Positions 39,151 to 49,659 are shown, counted from the first letter of the stretch. The stretch: 64,000 nucleotides of DNA from Phycisphaeraceae bacterium (GCA_963674705.1 OY771506.1:32001-96000), one strand, 5' to 3'. Translations and numbers: made by a program. The notes: generated by a model not told the origin, from the letters alone.

Positions 39151-39747
39151 TCAGTTTTCCATCTGTCCGCCGAGGCGTGCTTTTTCACGGCCGGCTTCGA
39201 CGAGTTTGCGTTTGAGGATTTTCAATTGCGTGGCAACGCTGCCGTCGATCAGGCGGTCACCCACGCGAACCTTCAGGCCGCCGATCAATTTCGGGTCCAC
39301 GTGCTGCTGTAGCGTGATGCGCTTGTTGACGATAGCACCGATGGATTCGGCGACTTCGCGGCTGGCTTCTTCGCTGAGTGTGTCAGCGACGTAGATGTCG
39401 ACGTCCATCTCACCGCGTGCATCGGCAGCCAGAATGCGGTAGGCGTTGAAGATGCCCGGTAGCGCAGCCAATCGATCCTTCTCGTTGACGACCTGAAGGA
39501 AGTGATAGAGCAATTCGCTGACCTTGCCATTGAACAGATGCTCTACCAGTTCGCTGCGCTGGGAGGAGTTGAGCGTGCGGCTGGAGAGCAGCTTTTCAAG
39601 GTCCGGCTCGCTTGCCATCAGGCTAAGCAGATCGCCGACCTCTTCAGCCAAGGCGTCGGCCTGGCCTTTATCTTGCGCCAACTCCAGCAGCGCCTGGGCG
39701 TAGACCCGGCTGACCGCGTCCGTGTGTTGTTCGGTGTCTGTAGACAA
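39151..39747 (-). CDS. atpH: ATP synthase subunit delta
   Basis: 'VSRVYAQAL', 'VDPKLIGGLKVRVGDRLIDGSV'. TTG start at 39747 follows a GGAGG SD. Confidence 0.93.
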   Translation of the reverse strand: MSTDTEQHTDAVSRVYAQALLELAQDKGQADALAEEVGDLLSLMASEPDLEKLLSSRTLNSSQRSELVEHLFNGKVSELLYHFLQVVNEKDRLAALPGIFNAYRILAADARGEMDVDIYVADTLSEEASREVAESIGAIVNKRITLQQHVDPKLIGGLKVRVGDRLIDGSVATQLKILKRKLVEAGREKARLGGQMEN

Positions 39748-39849
39748 CCGTGATCCTCCGTCAATAGGGGGCAGTTTGCCCGCATGGGCCCCGAGGGCCA
39801 AACCAAACTTCTGCAACAATCGGCTGAAACGATTCGCCATCGGCTTCGC

Positions 39850-40554
39850 TTAGTTGTTATCCGCCTGCCTGAGTTTGTCGATCGATTCACGAATAAGCGT
39901 CGCCTGGTCACCCGCGTTGATCTCACGACGCAGGATCTGGCCCGCAATCTGGGTCGCCAACGCGCCGGCAGTTTCATAAATGTCGGCGACGGCCCGCTCC
40001 TTGGCGGCGTTGATGTCTGCCTCAGCACGTTCACGTACCTGCGTGATCTGGGTCTGGGCTTCATCCTTCAACTGAGCAGCCACCTTCTGGGCGGCGCTAC
40101 GGCTTTCCTCAACGATCTGCTGCGCCTGCTTCTGGGCCTCGGCCAGTTGTTTCTTGTACGCTTCAAGTGTGGCAGTGGCTTCCTTCGCTGCATCCTCCGC
40201 ATGCTTAAGATCGCCACGCACCTTGTCCTCGCGGGCCTGCAAGGAGGCTAGGATCTTAGGCCAGACGAAGACGCTCAAGATACCGAAGAAGATGATGAAG
40301 ACGACGATGGTGTAGATCGCTTCCGACACCTTCAGGTCCATCATCCCGCGTTCAGCATGAGCGGCGTCGCCATGTTCATCCACCCCGTGACTGTCGGCGA
40401 CAGCACCAGCCGCTTCCACGGCGTTATCCACATGTTCGGTTGCTTCAGTGGCATGGGTGTCCACTTCATGCGCCGGATCTGCGGCAAACACCTTCGTGCA
40501 GAAGATCAAGCCAATCGCGATAAGGAATATTGGAATTAGTCGAGTAAGACGCAT
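39850..40554 (-). CDS. atpF: ATP synthase subunit b with N-terminal signal-like and His-rich extension
   Basis: TM 'IVVFIIFFGILSVFVWPKI..LQARE' followed by a charged helix; located between atpE and atpH. Start chosen at MRLTRL. Confidence 0.9.
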   Translation of the reverse strand: MRLTRLIPIFLIAIGLIFCTKVFAADPAHEVDTHATEATEHVDNAVEAAGAVADSHGVDEHGDAAHAERGMMDLKVSEAIYTIVVFIIFFGILSVFVWPKILASLQAREDKVRGDLKHAEDAAKEATATLEAYKKQLAEAQKQAQQIVEESRSAAQKVAAQLKDEAQTQITQVRERAEADINAAKERAVADIYETAGALATQIAGQILRREINAGDQATLIRESIDKLRQADNN

Positions 40555-40652
40555 CTGGGAAAGCCCCATGTTTACGAGTTCAAAGATCACCCGGAGCATC
40601 CGGGCATTAAAATCACGCCATAGACTTCGATCCATGACGTGATCCGTATTGT

Positions 40653-40934
40653 TTATTGGAAGAAGTTACCTGTCATCTGCGCCACCCAGATGATGCCGAA
40701 GAAGGTGAAACCTTCGATCAGCGCGGCGGAGATGATCATCTGGACGAAGATCTGACCGGCCGCTTCCGGCTGACGGGCGACGGACTGCGTCGCGTTACCA
40801 CCGATGTTACCGATACCGCGACCGGCGCCTGCACAAAGCAAACCGATACCAATACCGGCGCCAAGGACCGCGAGGCCTGCGCCGATGCCGGCGTACTCCC
40901 CGAGAGCCTGTGCCAAAGTAAGGAAGTCGAACAT
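40653..40934 (-). CDS. atpE: ATP synthase subunit c
   Basis: GxGxG helix, 'ARQPEA' loop, 'ALIEG' conserved carboxylate. Confidence 0.96.
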   Translation of the reverse strand: MFDFLTLAQALGEYAGIGAGLAVLGAGIGIGLLCAGAGRGIGNIGGNATQSVARQPEAAGQIFVQMIISAALIEGFTFFGIIWVAQMTGNFFQ

Positions 40935-41013
40935 GTTGAATCTCCAAACGAGGTATGAATGTTTTGCCGACGATTAAAGTGCTCGGGCGTCGGCGTCCCC
41001 GAGCGTGTTCGGT

Positions 41014-41949
41014 TTAATGCCCCGTAGCCGTGGGGGTCAACATCTGATCGATCGAATCCCCGGGTTTAGCGCCTTCATCCAATCCGCCGTGATGCTCATC
41101 ATGTTCATCGTGACTTACCGCACCGAGCGAGATGAAGATCACGGTCAGGAAGGTGAAGATGTAGGCCTGAAGGAATGCGACGAATAGTTCCAGGAAACTG
41201 AAAGCAGTCGCGCCAAAAAGACTGGCGCCCTTGCCGATCAACGGCGCGCTGATTGCCATGATAATCAAGGACCCCAGTACCAAGTGCCCCGCCACCATGT
41301 TGGCGAACAAACGCACGCAAAGCGCGAAACTCTTAATCCCCAGGCCCACGACTTCTAATATGAAGACAATAAGTCCAACCGGCAGCATGATCGGCAGCAG
41401 CGGTAAAGGCTCAAACGGGACGGGCCACATGTGTTTGATAAAACCGAAGCCGTTTTCTTTCAGACCGACAAACACGATCATAACCAGTGAGATAATTGCG
41501 AGTCCGGCAGTGAAGTTGATATTCCCTGTCAACGTACCGCCAAGGTGAGACAAACCTGAAAGGCCGACCAATTGGAACAATGCGCCGATCGGCAGCATCC
41601 CCAACAGGTTGCCGAACAGGACGAAGAAAAAGACCGACCAGATGTACTTGATGTAACGGTCGGTCATATCGCCCAACAGCGGACGTGTCATTTCGTCCCG
41701 CAGGAAGACGCAGAGGGTTTCAAATAGCTGGGTGATACGGCCCTTGGTGACATAGCCTTCAGCATTGGCTGCCTTAATGGGCATCTTGGCCGCAACCATC
41801 ATCAGCAACAACCCCCCACCGATGAGAACGACCAACGCCATAAAGTGATGGTTCGTAAACCATTCCAAACCAAACAACGGGTGCGGCAGCACGTGACTCA
41901 TCGCGTCTGGTTCGGCTTCGGCAGCGGCAAGCAAAAGGCTCGTCATCAT
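41014..41949 (-). CDS. atpB: ATP synthase subunit a
   Basis: 'NLLGMLP', 'ALCVRLFANMVAGH', 'ELFVAFLQAYIFT'. Confidence 0.96.
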   Translation of the reverse strand: MMTSLLLAAAEAEPDAMSHVLPHPLFGLEWFTNHHFMALVVLIGGGLLLMMVAAKMPIKAANAEGYVTKGRITQLFETLCVFLRDEMTRPLLGDMTDRYIKYIWSVFFFVLFGNLLGMLPIGALFQLVGLSGLSHLGGTLTGNINFTAGLAIISLVMIVFVGLKENGFGFIKHMWPVPFEPLPLLPIMLPVGLIVFILEVVGLGIKSFALCVRLFANMVAGHLVLGSLIIMAISAPLIGKGASLFGATAFSFLELFVAFLQAYIFTFLTVIFISLGAVSHDEHDEHHGGLDEGAKPGDSIDQMLTPTATGH

Positions 41950-42396
41950 TTATGTCGTCTCCGGGATCGACGCTACTGGCTTGGTCACCGCCAGCACGTG
42001 TGTCGAGATCAATTTTACTTCAACCGCCAGCACCAGCATGTACCAGCCGGCGACCCACATCAGCGTGGTCTGTGCATCAGCCATCCCCGACCCCCAGCGA
42101 AGCCAGGCGACCGCAGCAATACCCACGACACATCGGACAAGGATGCTGATCATGAAGCCGTACGCACTGCCGTGAGCGCTTCGCCTGGACATCAGCCAGA
42201 CGGGCATAAAGCCCGAAAAACCAATGATCAGGCTGATGAGTGCCCCAATGATACAGGGTCGGCCGTGTGATTCGAAGCCAAAGAGCCCGATGAGTAACCC
42301 GTAGGCCGCGGCCGCCGACGCCATAACCACGACGATCAGCGTGAGCGACGCTTTGACGATCGGGAACGGATGCGGGATGGCTTTCGGGTCCGTCAT
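41950..42396 (-). CDS. AtpI-like 4-TM membrane protein
   Basis: Four TM segments, abutting atpB. Confidence 0.65.
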   Translation of the reverse strand: MTDPKAIPHPFPIVKASLTLIVVVMASAAAAYGLLIGLFGFESHGRPCIIGALISLIIGFSGFMPVWLMSRRSAHGSAYGFMISILVRCVVGIAAVAWLRWGSGMADAQTTLMWVAGWYMLVLAVEVKLISTHVLAVTKPVASIPETT

Positions 42397-42521
42397 ATTG
42401 ATTAAAAGACTTCTAGGTTAAATCCGTTGCGATACGGGGGCAAACCTTCATCGGTCTGGGTTGATGTTATTAAATAAGGTTGCGGTGCGTGGAGTTCTGT
42501 TTTCGGCTGTCAAAATGCCAG

Positions 42522-42782
42522 CTATTCGTTTGGTTTTTCCTGATCCGATGGCTTGCGCTTCCTAGGAAACAGCATGTCTTTAACGAGATTGTACGACCCG
42601 CCTACGGTAGCGAGTATGGCCCCGGCGAGTGTCAACCACGGGCCTGTGCCCCACTTCTGATCACCCAGGTGGCCCAGGAACGTCAAACCTCCGATGATCA
42701 GACCCAGCTCCATCCCACGCCCCGCCATGCGCCAGGCACTGGGGCTGTAGCCGTAAGGGCTGGATCCTCGCTTTTTGGCCAT
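42522..42782 (-). CDS. AtpZ/AtpI (ATPase gene 1) family protein
   Basis: 'GMELG..LGHLGDQKWGTGPWLTLAGAIL' matches the GxxxDxxxGTxPW family pattern; first gene of the atp operon. Confidence 0.8.
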   Translation of the reverse strand: MAKKRGSSPYGYSPSAWRMAGRGMELGLIIGGLTFLGHLGDQKWGTGPWLTLAGAILATVGGSYNLVKDMLFPRKRKPSDQEKPNE

Positions 42783-43078
42783 CGTCGGCCTCCTTGGCCG
42801 AGCTTCCGGACATGATGTTATAACTGACACTAATTCAGCTATTTACACCTGATTTGCCAGGCCACGTGCCTGACTCACCACCGCCCGGTGGGGCAGATAG
42901 CCTAGAGGTGCCTTTCTTGGGTGTCAAACCCTCGTAAATCCCCATCCGATCGGCAACAATAAGATTTAAGAGTCGTGAAATGGAAAATTACATAATATCT
43001 CGCAAATCGGCGGTTTTGTGATATCCTGAATGTCCGGTCCCAAAGTCGTTTCTGTCATTGCTGGGGAGGAGAATTGCC

Positions 43079-44614
43079 ATGTTGTACGTATGTGGAAAAC
43101 ACCGATCAGGCCTATCCGTGTTACTGGCTGCGGCAGGTATGCTGCTATGCACGGGTCTAACCCAAGCCACAATCACGCTGGATGCGAACTTCGATCACGG
43201 GTCGCTGGAGAGTTACTCTATCTCCAGCAACAACATCAACCTCATCGGTCGAGATAACTACTTCGGATCGGACCAGTGGCGGTGGGTCTACTTCAAGGCG
43301 ACCGGTGTCAGTGGGCTGTCACCGAACTTCAAGATCTCCACAAACTTCGCCGGAGGCAGTTCAGCGATCAGATACCAGAACTTCCGGTACAGCTACGACA
43401 ACGAGAACTGGACCACCTTCGACAACCACGGCATCTCGGGCGACACCTTCAACTTCTCGAACAACACAACTTTCAGCCAGGATGAGGTCTGGGTCGCGTT
43501 CTCTCTGCCCTACTCCTACGGCCGATCGGCTGCGAAAGTCTCCGAGTGGAAACTCAGCCCATACGTCAGCCCGACGATCAGTTCGGACAGCAATCTCGTT
43601 ATTGGTCAATCCCCCGGCGGAATCGATGATCTTGGCCGAACTATAGAGCCGCGTGACCTGTGGGCGTTCAAGGTTACGGATGATTCTACGCCGAGTGAAG
43701 GCAAAACCAAGATCGTGTTGAGCAGCGGCCTGCACGCCCAGGAAGTATTGGGTACGCACACACTGGAAGGCACGATCGACTGGCTTCTCAGTGATGATTC
43801 GCGTGCAGCGGAACTGCGAAAGGTGGCGGAGTTCTACATCTACCCGATGCTTAATCCGGATGGGCGCTACGCGGGATACAACCGTTCAACCGTAGCAAAT
43901 CCGGATATCGATCCGAACCGTGACTGGAGCCCGACCTACCCCGGACGGACCTGGTATGGCGAGCCCGAGATTCAACTATCCGGCGAAGCGATGATGGCGG
44001 ACCTGCAGGTCGCGACCGGCGGCGAGGCCGACTACTTCATCGATTACCACTCCACGATCACCACAAGTTCCGACGCTGATGACTACTTCTTCCTGCACCC
44101 GGAAAAAGGACACACGGCTGACCCCTTCTGGACATACCTGATGCAGGAAACCGAGACGGTGACGTGGGTGCAATCAACCGGGACCACCCCCACCACCGCC
44201 AACTTCGCAGAAGTCGAACTCGGCGCAGACTTTGACGGTACGTTCGAGACAGCGTTCCACCCATCGCGCGGCGAAGACTATTACGATGAGCTGGGTAAGG
44301 ATGTGGGCGTCGCGTTCTTCCTTGCTTTAGCGCACATCGATGCAGATGTCAACGCAGACGGTTTCGTGGGCTTGGGCGACCTGGATATCCTGCTGAGCCA
44401 CTGGAACCAAACAGTTCCATTAGGTGATAAATCACAAGGGGACCTTGCCGGCTCGGGGGATGGCTTCATCGGGCTGAGTGATCTGGATGTGATCTTGAAC
44501 AGTTGGAATCAGGGTACACCACCGGCTGTGGCCACAATCATCCCTGAGCCGACGACGACAACTTATCTGTTGCTGGCACTCGGTGCTGTTTACCGACGGA
44601 AACGAAGTGCCTGA
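43079..44614 (+). CDS. Secreted M14-family zinc carboxypeptidase with dockerin-like module and PEP-CTERM
   Basis: 'GLHAQE' (HxxE), 'NPDG', 'DPNRDW', 'IDYHS'; 'DVNADGFVGLGDL'; 'IPEP..RRKR'. SD GGAGGAG before ATG 43079. Confidence 0.85.
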   Translation: MLYVCGKHRSGLSVLLAAAGMLLCTGLTQATITLDANFDHGSLESYSISSNNINLIGRDNYFGSDQWRWVYFKATGVSGLSPNFKISTNFAGGSSAIRYQNFRYSYDNENWTTFDNHGISGDTFNFSNNTTFSQDEVWVAFSLPYSYGRSAAKVSEWKLSPYVSPTISSDSNLVIGQSPGGIDDLGRTIEPRDLWAFKVTDDSTPSEGKTKIVLSSGLHAQEVLGTHTLEGTIDWLLSDDSRAAELRKVAEFYIYPMLNPDGRYAGYNRSTVANPDIDPNRDWSPTYPGRTWYGEPEIQLSGEAMMADLQVATGGEADYFIDYHSTITTSSDADDYFFLHPEKGHTADPFWTYLMQETETVTWVQSTGTTPTTANFAEVELGADFDGTFETAFHPSRGEDYYDELGKDVGVAFFLALAHIDADVNADGFVGLGDLDILLSHWNQTVPLGDKSQGDLAGSGDGFIGLSDLDVILNSWNQGTPPAVATIIPEPTTTTYLLLALGAVYRRKRSA

Positions 44615-44654
44615 CCAAGCTGAAAAGTGTATTAGCGGATAACATGGTGCGCGT

Positions 44655-47024
44655 ATGCTTTCATTGCGCACCCAGGTTCTGCTGTTTGTTGTATTGATTG
44701 CGGCCATCGTGATCGGCTCACTGATGCTGTACACTGGCTGGCAGCGGGGGTCTTCAACACCGGGCTCCAGTTCTCCCACCGGAGCGGCAAAGTATTTACA
44801 AGCGACTTATATTGGCAGGGACGCCTGCATCGACTGCCACGAACAGGAGCACAATCTCTGGCTGGGATCACATCACGATCTGGCGATGCAAATTGCGAAC
44901 GAAAAAACCGTGCTTGGCGACTTCAATGATGTCAGCTTCACACACTTCGGCGTGACGTCACGGTTCTTCAAGAAAGATGGCAAGTTCTTTGTCAATACCG
45001 ACGGGCCCGACGGGCAGATGCATGATTACGAAATCAAATACACCTTCGGCGTAACACCGTTGCAGCAGTACCTGATCGAGTTTCCAGATGGGCGCGTTCA
45101 GGCACTTGGTATCAGTTGGGACGCACGGCCGAAGGAAAAAGGCGGGCAACGCTGGTATCACCTGTACGCGGATGAGCCTATCCCCTACGACGATGAGCTT
45201 CACTGGACAGGTCCGAACCAGAACTGGAACTACATGTGTGCCGAGTGCCACTCGACCCGGCTACGCAAGAACTACGACCTGAAGACCAACACCTACAACA
45301 CCACCTGGTACGAGATCAACGTTTCATGCGAGGCGTGTCACGGGCCATCATCTAACCATGTGCGATGGGCCAAGGAGAAGGAACGCGGCATCGACCGCAA
45401 CGATCCTACAATGGGCATGGCGTTTCAGATGAAAGACGACGGAGGCACGTGGGAATATCCAGATGGGGAAGTCATCGCCAAACGCAGCAAGCCGCGTGAA
45501 GATCGAACGATGATGTATATGTGTGCCCGTTGCCATTCACGCCGATCTGTGACAACCGAAGACTACGAGTATGGCCACCACCTACTCGACACTCATCGTT
45601 TGTCGCTGCTGGATGAGGGCCTGTACTTCCCAGACGGTCAGATTCAGGATGAGGTGTATGTCATCGGTTCATTCCTTCAAAGCAAGATGTACCAAAGCGG
45701 CGTGACATGCACGGATTGTCATGACCCGCACAGTATGCAGCGATTGATACCAGGGAATAACCTGTGTTCGCAATGCCACCTGCCTAAACACTACGACACA
45801 CCGAAACACCACTTCCACGAAGAGGACGGAGAAGGAAGCCTCTGTACCGATTGTCATATGCCGACGCGCACCTACATGGGTGTCGACGACAGGTTCGACC
45901 ACAGTTTCCGCATCCCCCGGCCGGACCTGTCGATCCTGACCGGTTCGCCCAATGCGTGTAACAACTGCCACGATGACCAGACCTATGAATGGTCGGAAAA
46001 CGCTTTGGATGACTGGTACGGCAAAGACCGCAGCAACAAGCCGCACTACGGCCACACGATTCACGCGGCACGTACAAACGCGCCGGGCGCAGCACAGAAA
46101 CTTCTGAAACTTATCGAAGATGACACGCAGCCAGGCATTGTCCGTGCTACCGCCCTATCGCTGGCACAGGGGTATCCTTCCGAAGCGGCATATCACGCGA
46201 TACAAAAACAGGTGCAGAACGCCGATACACTGATCCGTTTCGGGGCGCTTAATGCGCTGGAGTCATATGCCCCGATCATGCGTTTACAGATTGCATACGA
46301 TCTGTTGGACGATCCGATCACCAACGTGCGTGATGAAGCGGCGCGTCTTTTAGCTGCGGTGGGCCCGGAACAACTCACCAACGAGCAGAAGCAGGCGATC
46401 GAAACAGGCATCGAGGGTTACATTGCATCACAGATGGCCAACGCGGAGCGGGCGGAGTCGCATCTGAATATCGCGTTGGTGCAGTTACAACGAGGCAAGG
46501 TTGAAGCGGCAGAGCAATCCTACAAGACCGCGATCCGGGTGAATCCCGATTTTGCTCAGGCTTATGTGAATCTTGCGGACCTCTACCGCACCACCGACCG
46601 CGATGAGTTGGGCATAGCAGTACTACAAAGCGCTATAGACGATGGTCTTAAAGCAGGCGTCCTGCAGTATGCGATGGGCCTTGCGATGGTCAGGCAGGGC
46701 AATACGCCGGAAGCAATTAACGCGTTCAAGCTCGCTGCGGAATTGACGCCGGAGGATCCGCAGTTCGGTTACACGCTTGGTATTGCACTGAACTCCACAG
46801 GCCAGCCGGCACAAGCCTTATCCGTGTTGGCCGACAATTACGAACGTCACCCGAAAGACCAGAACACATTGACCGCCTTGATGACAATCAGCCGGGATCA
46901 ACAGAAGTACGATGATGCAATCCGATACGCGAACGCGCTGTTGGCACTGAATCCGCCCAATCCGGAAGCCATCAAGTTATTCATCCGGCAGTTAGAGCTT
47001 CAGAAACCATCAACTAGTCAATAA
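44655..47024 (+). CDS. Membrane-anchored multiheme c-type cytochrome (8 CxxCH) with HEAT/TPR C-terminus
   Basis: CIDCH, CAECH, CEACH, CARCH, CTDCH, CSQCH, CTDCH, CNNCH; then HEAT-like and TPR repeats ('AIRVNPDFAQAYVNLA'). Confidence 0.88.
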   Translation: MLSLRTQVLLFVVLIAAIVIGSLMLYTGWQRGSSTPGSSSPTGAAKYLQATYIGRDACIDCHEQEHNLWLGSHHDLAMQIANEKTVLGDFNDVSFTHFGVTSRFFKKDGKFFVNTDGPDGQMHDYEIKYTFGVTPLQQYLIEFPDGRVQALGISWDARPKEKGGQRWYHLYADEPIPYDDELHWTGPNQNWNYMCAECHSTRLRKNYDLKTNTYNTTWYEINVSCEACHGPSSNHVRWAKEKERGIDRNDPTMGMAFQMKDDGGTWEYPDGEVIAKRSKPREDRTMMYMCARCHSRRSVTTEDYEYGHHLLDTHRLSLLDEGLYFPDGQIQDEVYVIGSFLQSKMYQSGVTCTDCHDPHSMQRLIPGNNLCSQCHLPKHYDTPKHHFHEEDGEGSLCTDCHMPTRTYMGVDDRFDHSFRIPRPDLSILTGSPNACNNCHDDQTYEWSENALDDWYGKDRSNKPHYGHTIHAARTNAPGAAQKLLKLIEDDTQPGIVRATALSLAQGYPSEAAYHAIQKQVQNADTLIRFGALNALESYAPIMRLQIAYDLLDDPITNVRDEAARLLAAVGPEQLTNEQKQAIETGIEGYIASQMANAERAESHLNIALVQLQRGKVEAAEQSYKTAIRVNPDFAQAYVNLADLYRTTDRDELGIAVLQSAIDDGLKAGVLQYAMGLAMVRQGNTPEAINAFKLAAELTPEDPQFGYTLGIALNSTGQPAQALSVLADNYERHPKDQNTLTALMTISRDQQKYDDAIRYANALLALNPPNPEAIKLFIRQLELQKPSTSQ

Positions 47025-47159
47025 GCAGCTTCAATATCAAGTCCAGCTCAGTCACTTTTCTCTTGGATTCAATACACCCGTTTGTTAGCATACTTATGTG
47101 GGTATGCCGGTCTCCGGAAGGAATTGCTGGTTATTTAAGTTTTATTTGGATGAATTGCC

Positions 47160-48647
47160 ATGTTTTGCCGTACATTGCACATGACCGCATTGTGCGTTTG
47201 TGTCATGGTGAGTTCATTCATAATGGCTACCACCGCCCGGGGATTCATCATTGATCCGGAAGCCACACCCTGGCTTACAACCGCATCGGGCTTCCGCACA
47301 ACCAATGGCCAACCGGCTACACTCACCTGGGGCTTCGTGCCCGACGGCACCATCATCTACGACGGCATCTACTCGCTTGGTGAAAGTGACCTTATCGCAA
47401 AACTCAACGACGCATTCGGCGGCGACATAGACGAAACAAATCCACAATCACAGTTTTGGTTCACATACTTTGAGGATTCGTTCAACCGCTGGAGCGAGTT
47501 ATCCGGGCTCACCTACGTATATGAGCCGAACGATTCGGGTGAAGCGCTATCCACCACAGCGGGTGAGTTGGGCGTACGGGCGGATATACGAATCGGCGGC
47601 GTGTCTATCGATGGTTCCAGTGGGACACTCGCGTTCAACTACTTCCCCGACATCGGCGACATGGCGATCGACACCGATGATGCTGACTTCTTCGCCAATC
47701 CGGTTAAAAACTATCTGCAACTGCGTAACACCATCATGCACGAAAGCGGCCACGGCCTGGGCTTCGACCACGTCGTATCCGATACCGATGCATTACTCAT
47801 GGAGCCGGTACTGGATCTTTCGTTCGACGGCCCACAATTAGACGACGTGCGTGCAGTCCACTACTACTACGGCGATGTATACGAAAAATCCAACGGCGGA
47901 CTCGGTAATAATCAGGCGTCGCTGGCTACACCCCTGGGAACGATCATGGAAGGCCAAACCGCCAGCATCGGCACCGATGCGGATATCCCGGACCAGACGA
48001 TCGGCGCGGATGATGTTGACTTTGTGAGCCTGAGTAACGCAAGCGACGTCGACTACTTCTCATTCACGATTACACAAGCGTCTACCGTCGACCTGCTACT
48101 CACTCCGTTAGGCGGGCAATTCACCCAGGCAGCACAAGGGATCACACCGAATATATTTGATGCCTCGGCACGGGCAAACCTGGCGCTTCACTTGTGGGAC
48201 TCTGACGGCAAAACATTGTTAGAAGTAGCGGACCTCACCTCGGCAGGCGATCACGAATCAATCATCGGCTTCCAGTTACCCAAAGCCGGGCAGTACTTCG
48301 CCTCAATCAGCACTGTCGACGATACGATCCAACTGTACAGACTGGATATTACGATACATGAAACCGCTTCGATACCGGGTGATCTGAACGCTGACGGTTT
48401 CGTCGGCCTGACGGACCTGGATATCTTCCTGGCGGCCTGGAATCAGCACGTAGAGCCCGGCAACCTGATACAGGGCGATCCTTCGGGAGATGGCTTCGTC
48501 GGCCTTAATGATCTGGATATCGTGCTGAGCAACTGGAACAACGGCACGCCACCGAACGATTCGGCCGTACTTATTCCCGAACCGACAATCGCCGGCTTTG
48601 CACTAACGATGAGTGTGATAGGGATGCGGCTCAGGCCATACGCTTGA
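47160..48647 (+). CDS. Secreted matrixin-like (M10) metalloprotease with PPC-like domain, dockerin-like module and PEP-CTERM
   Basis: HExxHxxGxxH 'HESGHGLGFDH', Met-turn 'ALLMEP', 'DVDYFSF', 'GDLNADGFVGLTDL', 'IPEP'. Confidence 0.85.
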   Translation: MFCRTLHMTALCVCVMVSSFIMATTARGFIIDPEATPWLTTASGFRTTNGQPATLTWGFVPDGTIIYDGIYSLGESDLIAKLNDAFGGDIDETNPQSQFWFTYFEDSFNRWSELSGLTYVYEPNDSGEALSTTAGELGVRADIRIGGVSIDGSSGTLAFNYFPDIGDMAIDTDDADFFANPVKNYLQLRNTIMHESGHGLGFDHVVSDTDALLMEPVLDLSFDGPQLDDVRAVHYYYGDVYEKSNGGLGNNQASLATPLGTIMEGQTASIGTDADIPDQTIGADDVDFVSLSNASDVDYFSFTITQASTVDLLLTPLGGQFTQAAQGITPNIFDASARANLALHLWDSDGKTLLEVADLTSAGDHESIIGFQLPKAGQYFASISTVDDTIQLYRLDITIHETASIPGDLNADGFVGLTDLDIFLAAWNQHVEPGNLIQGDPSGDGFVGLNDLDIVLSNWNNGTPPNDSAVLIPEPTIAGFALTMSVIGMRLRPYA

Positions 48648-49659
48648 CCTGCTGGCGTGCCAACGGCCAGCGCAGCGGTCGGCCGGCCAGGTAACGGCGC
48701 AACTCTTCAATCATCAACCGGCCCATGCGGAAGCATTCCTGTCCCATAGAGCCGGCGATGTGCGGTGTCACGAACACGTTGGGCAGGTTCCAGATGTCTG
48801 AATCTTCCGGGATCGGTTCCGGATCGGTCACATCGAGCACCGCTTGCAGGTCCTTGCGACGCTTGAGCACCTCGACCATCTCCGGTTCATTCACCAGTCC
48901 GCCGCGCGCGGTATTGATGAATGTGGTGTGCGGCTGCATCATTTCCAAGTGGCTGCCGCGGATCATGCCGCGCGTCTCATCAAGCAACGGTGCGTGCAAC
49001 GAAACAACATTGCATGAGCTGAAGATTTCTTCCATCGTTGCTAGTTGGATCCCCAGCCGTTCCGCTTCGTCTTTAGCAATGAACGGGTCGTAAGCAAGCA
49101 CCTTGATGTTCAGATATTGCAGGTGCTCGACCATCTTTCGGCCGATCATCCCGAGCGAAATAATCCCGACCTTCCCGCCGAACGCGCCGCACACATCTTT
49201 GCCGGATAAACCCCAATTCTTATTCTTGCGATAATACTCGGCAAATTGGAATGTCTGTTTCAGTGCCAACAGCACATGCGCGAGCGTGTACTCAGCCACC
49301 GGAATCGCATTGGCGGCCCAGGCACTGCAAATCACGATATCCCGATCCCAGAACGCATCAGTCAGGATATGCCTGACCGTACCCGCCCCATAAAAGACCG
49401 CTTCGAGATTCGGCGCCGATTCCAGGAACTGCTTATCCAGCTTCGGCGCCCCCCAGCCCGTCAGCATGATTTGCATATCCTTGAGGATCGACTTGTCCGC
49501 CAGGACTTCCTTGGGACCCATTATCGGTGCGTAAATGTCCACCAACTCGGTCGCGACCTTCTGGTCCTTAGGCGAGTAGATGTCGTGGATCCGTTGTGCG
49601 ATGAACAGTGCTTTTTTCATGGGTGGGGTCTGATACGGCTTTCCAAGGGGTAACTTCAC
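48631..49659 (-). CDS. D-isomer-specific 2-hydroxyacid dehydrogenase (start may be ATG 49620)
   Basis: 'TGWG', 'SLGMIG', 'SLHAP', 'INTARG', 'LDVTDPEP', 'TPHIAGS'. Confidence 0.92.
   Translation of the reverse strand: MKLPLGKPYQTPPMKKALFIAQRIHDIYSPKDQKVATELVDIYAPIMGPKEVLADKSILKDMQIMLTGWGAPKLDKQFLESAPNLEAVFYGAGTVRHILTDAFWDRDIVICSAWAANAIPVAEYTLAHVLLALKQTFQFAEYYRKNKNWGLSGKDVCGAFGGKVGIISLGMIGRKMVEHLQYLNIKVLAYDPFIAKDEAERLGIQLATMEEIFSSCNVVSLHAPLLDETRGMIRGSHLEMMQPHTTFINTARGGLVNEPEMVEVLKRRKDLQAVLDVTDPEPIPEDSDIWNLPNVFVTPHIAGSMGQECFRMGRLMIEELRRYLAGRPLRWPLARQQVKRMA

Noticed and set aside
38990..39394. Plus-strand 134-aa ORF across the atpH-atpA spacer
   Set aside because: It is antisense to atpH and simply translates the repeat arms; no GxxExxY or other domain is present.
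40653..40934. Na+-translocating or N-type ATPase
   Set aside because: Subunit c lacks the Q...E-S/T Na+ ligands, and gene order plus a separate delta subunit fit a regular F-type enzyme.
48631..48647. 17-bp convergent gene overlap (also 6 bp at 57596-57601)
   Set aside because: Short convergent overlaps are common and imply no special mechanism.
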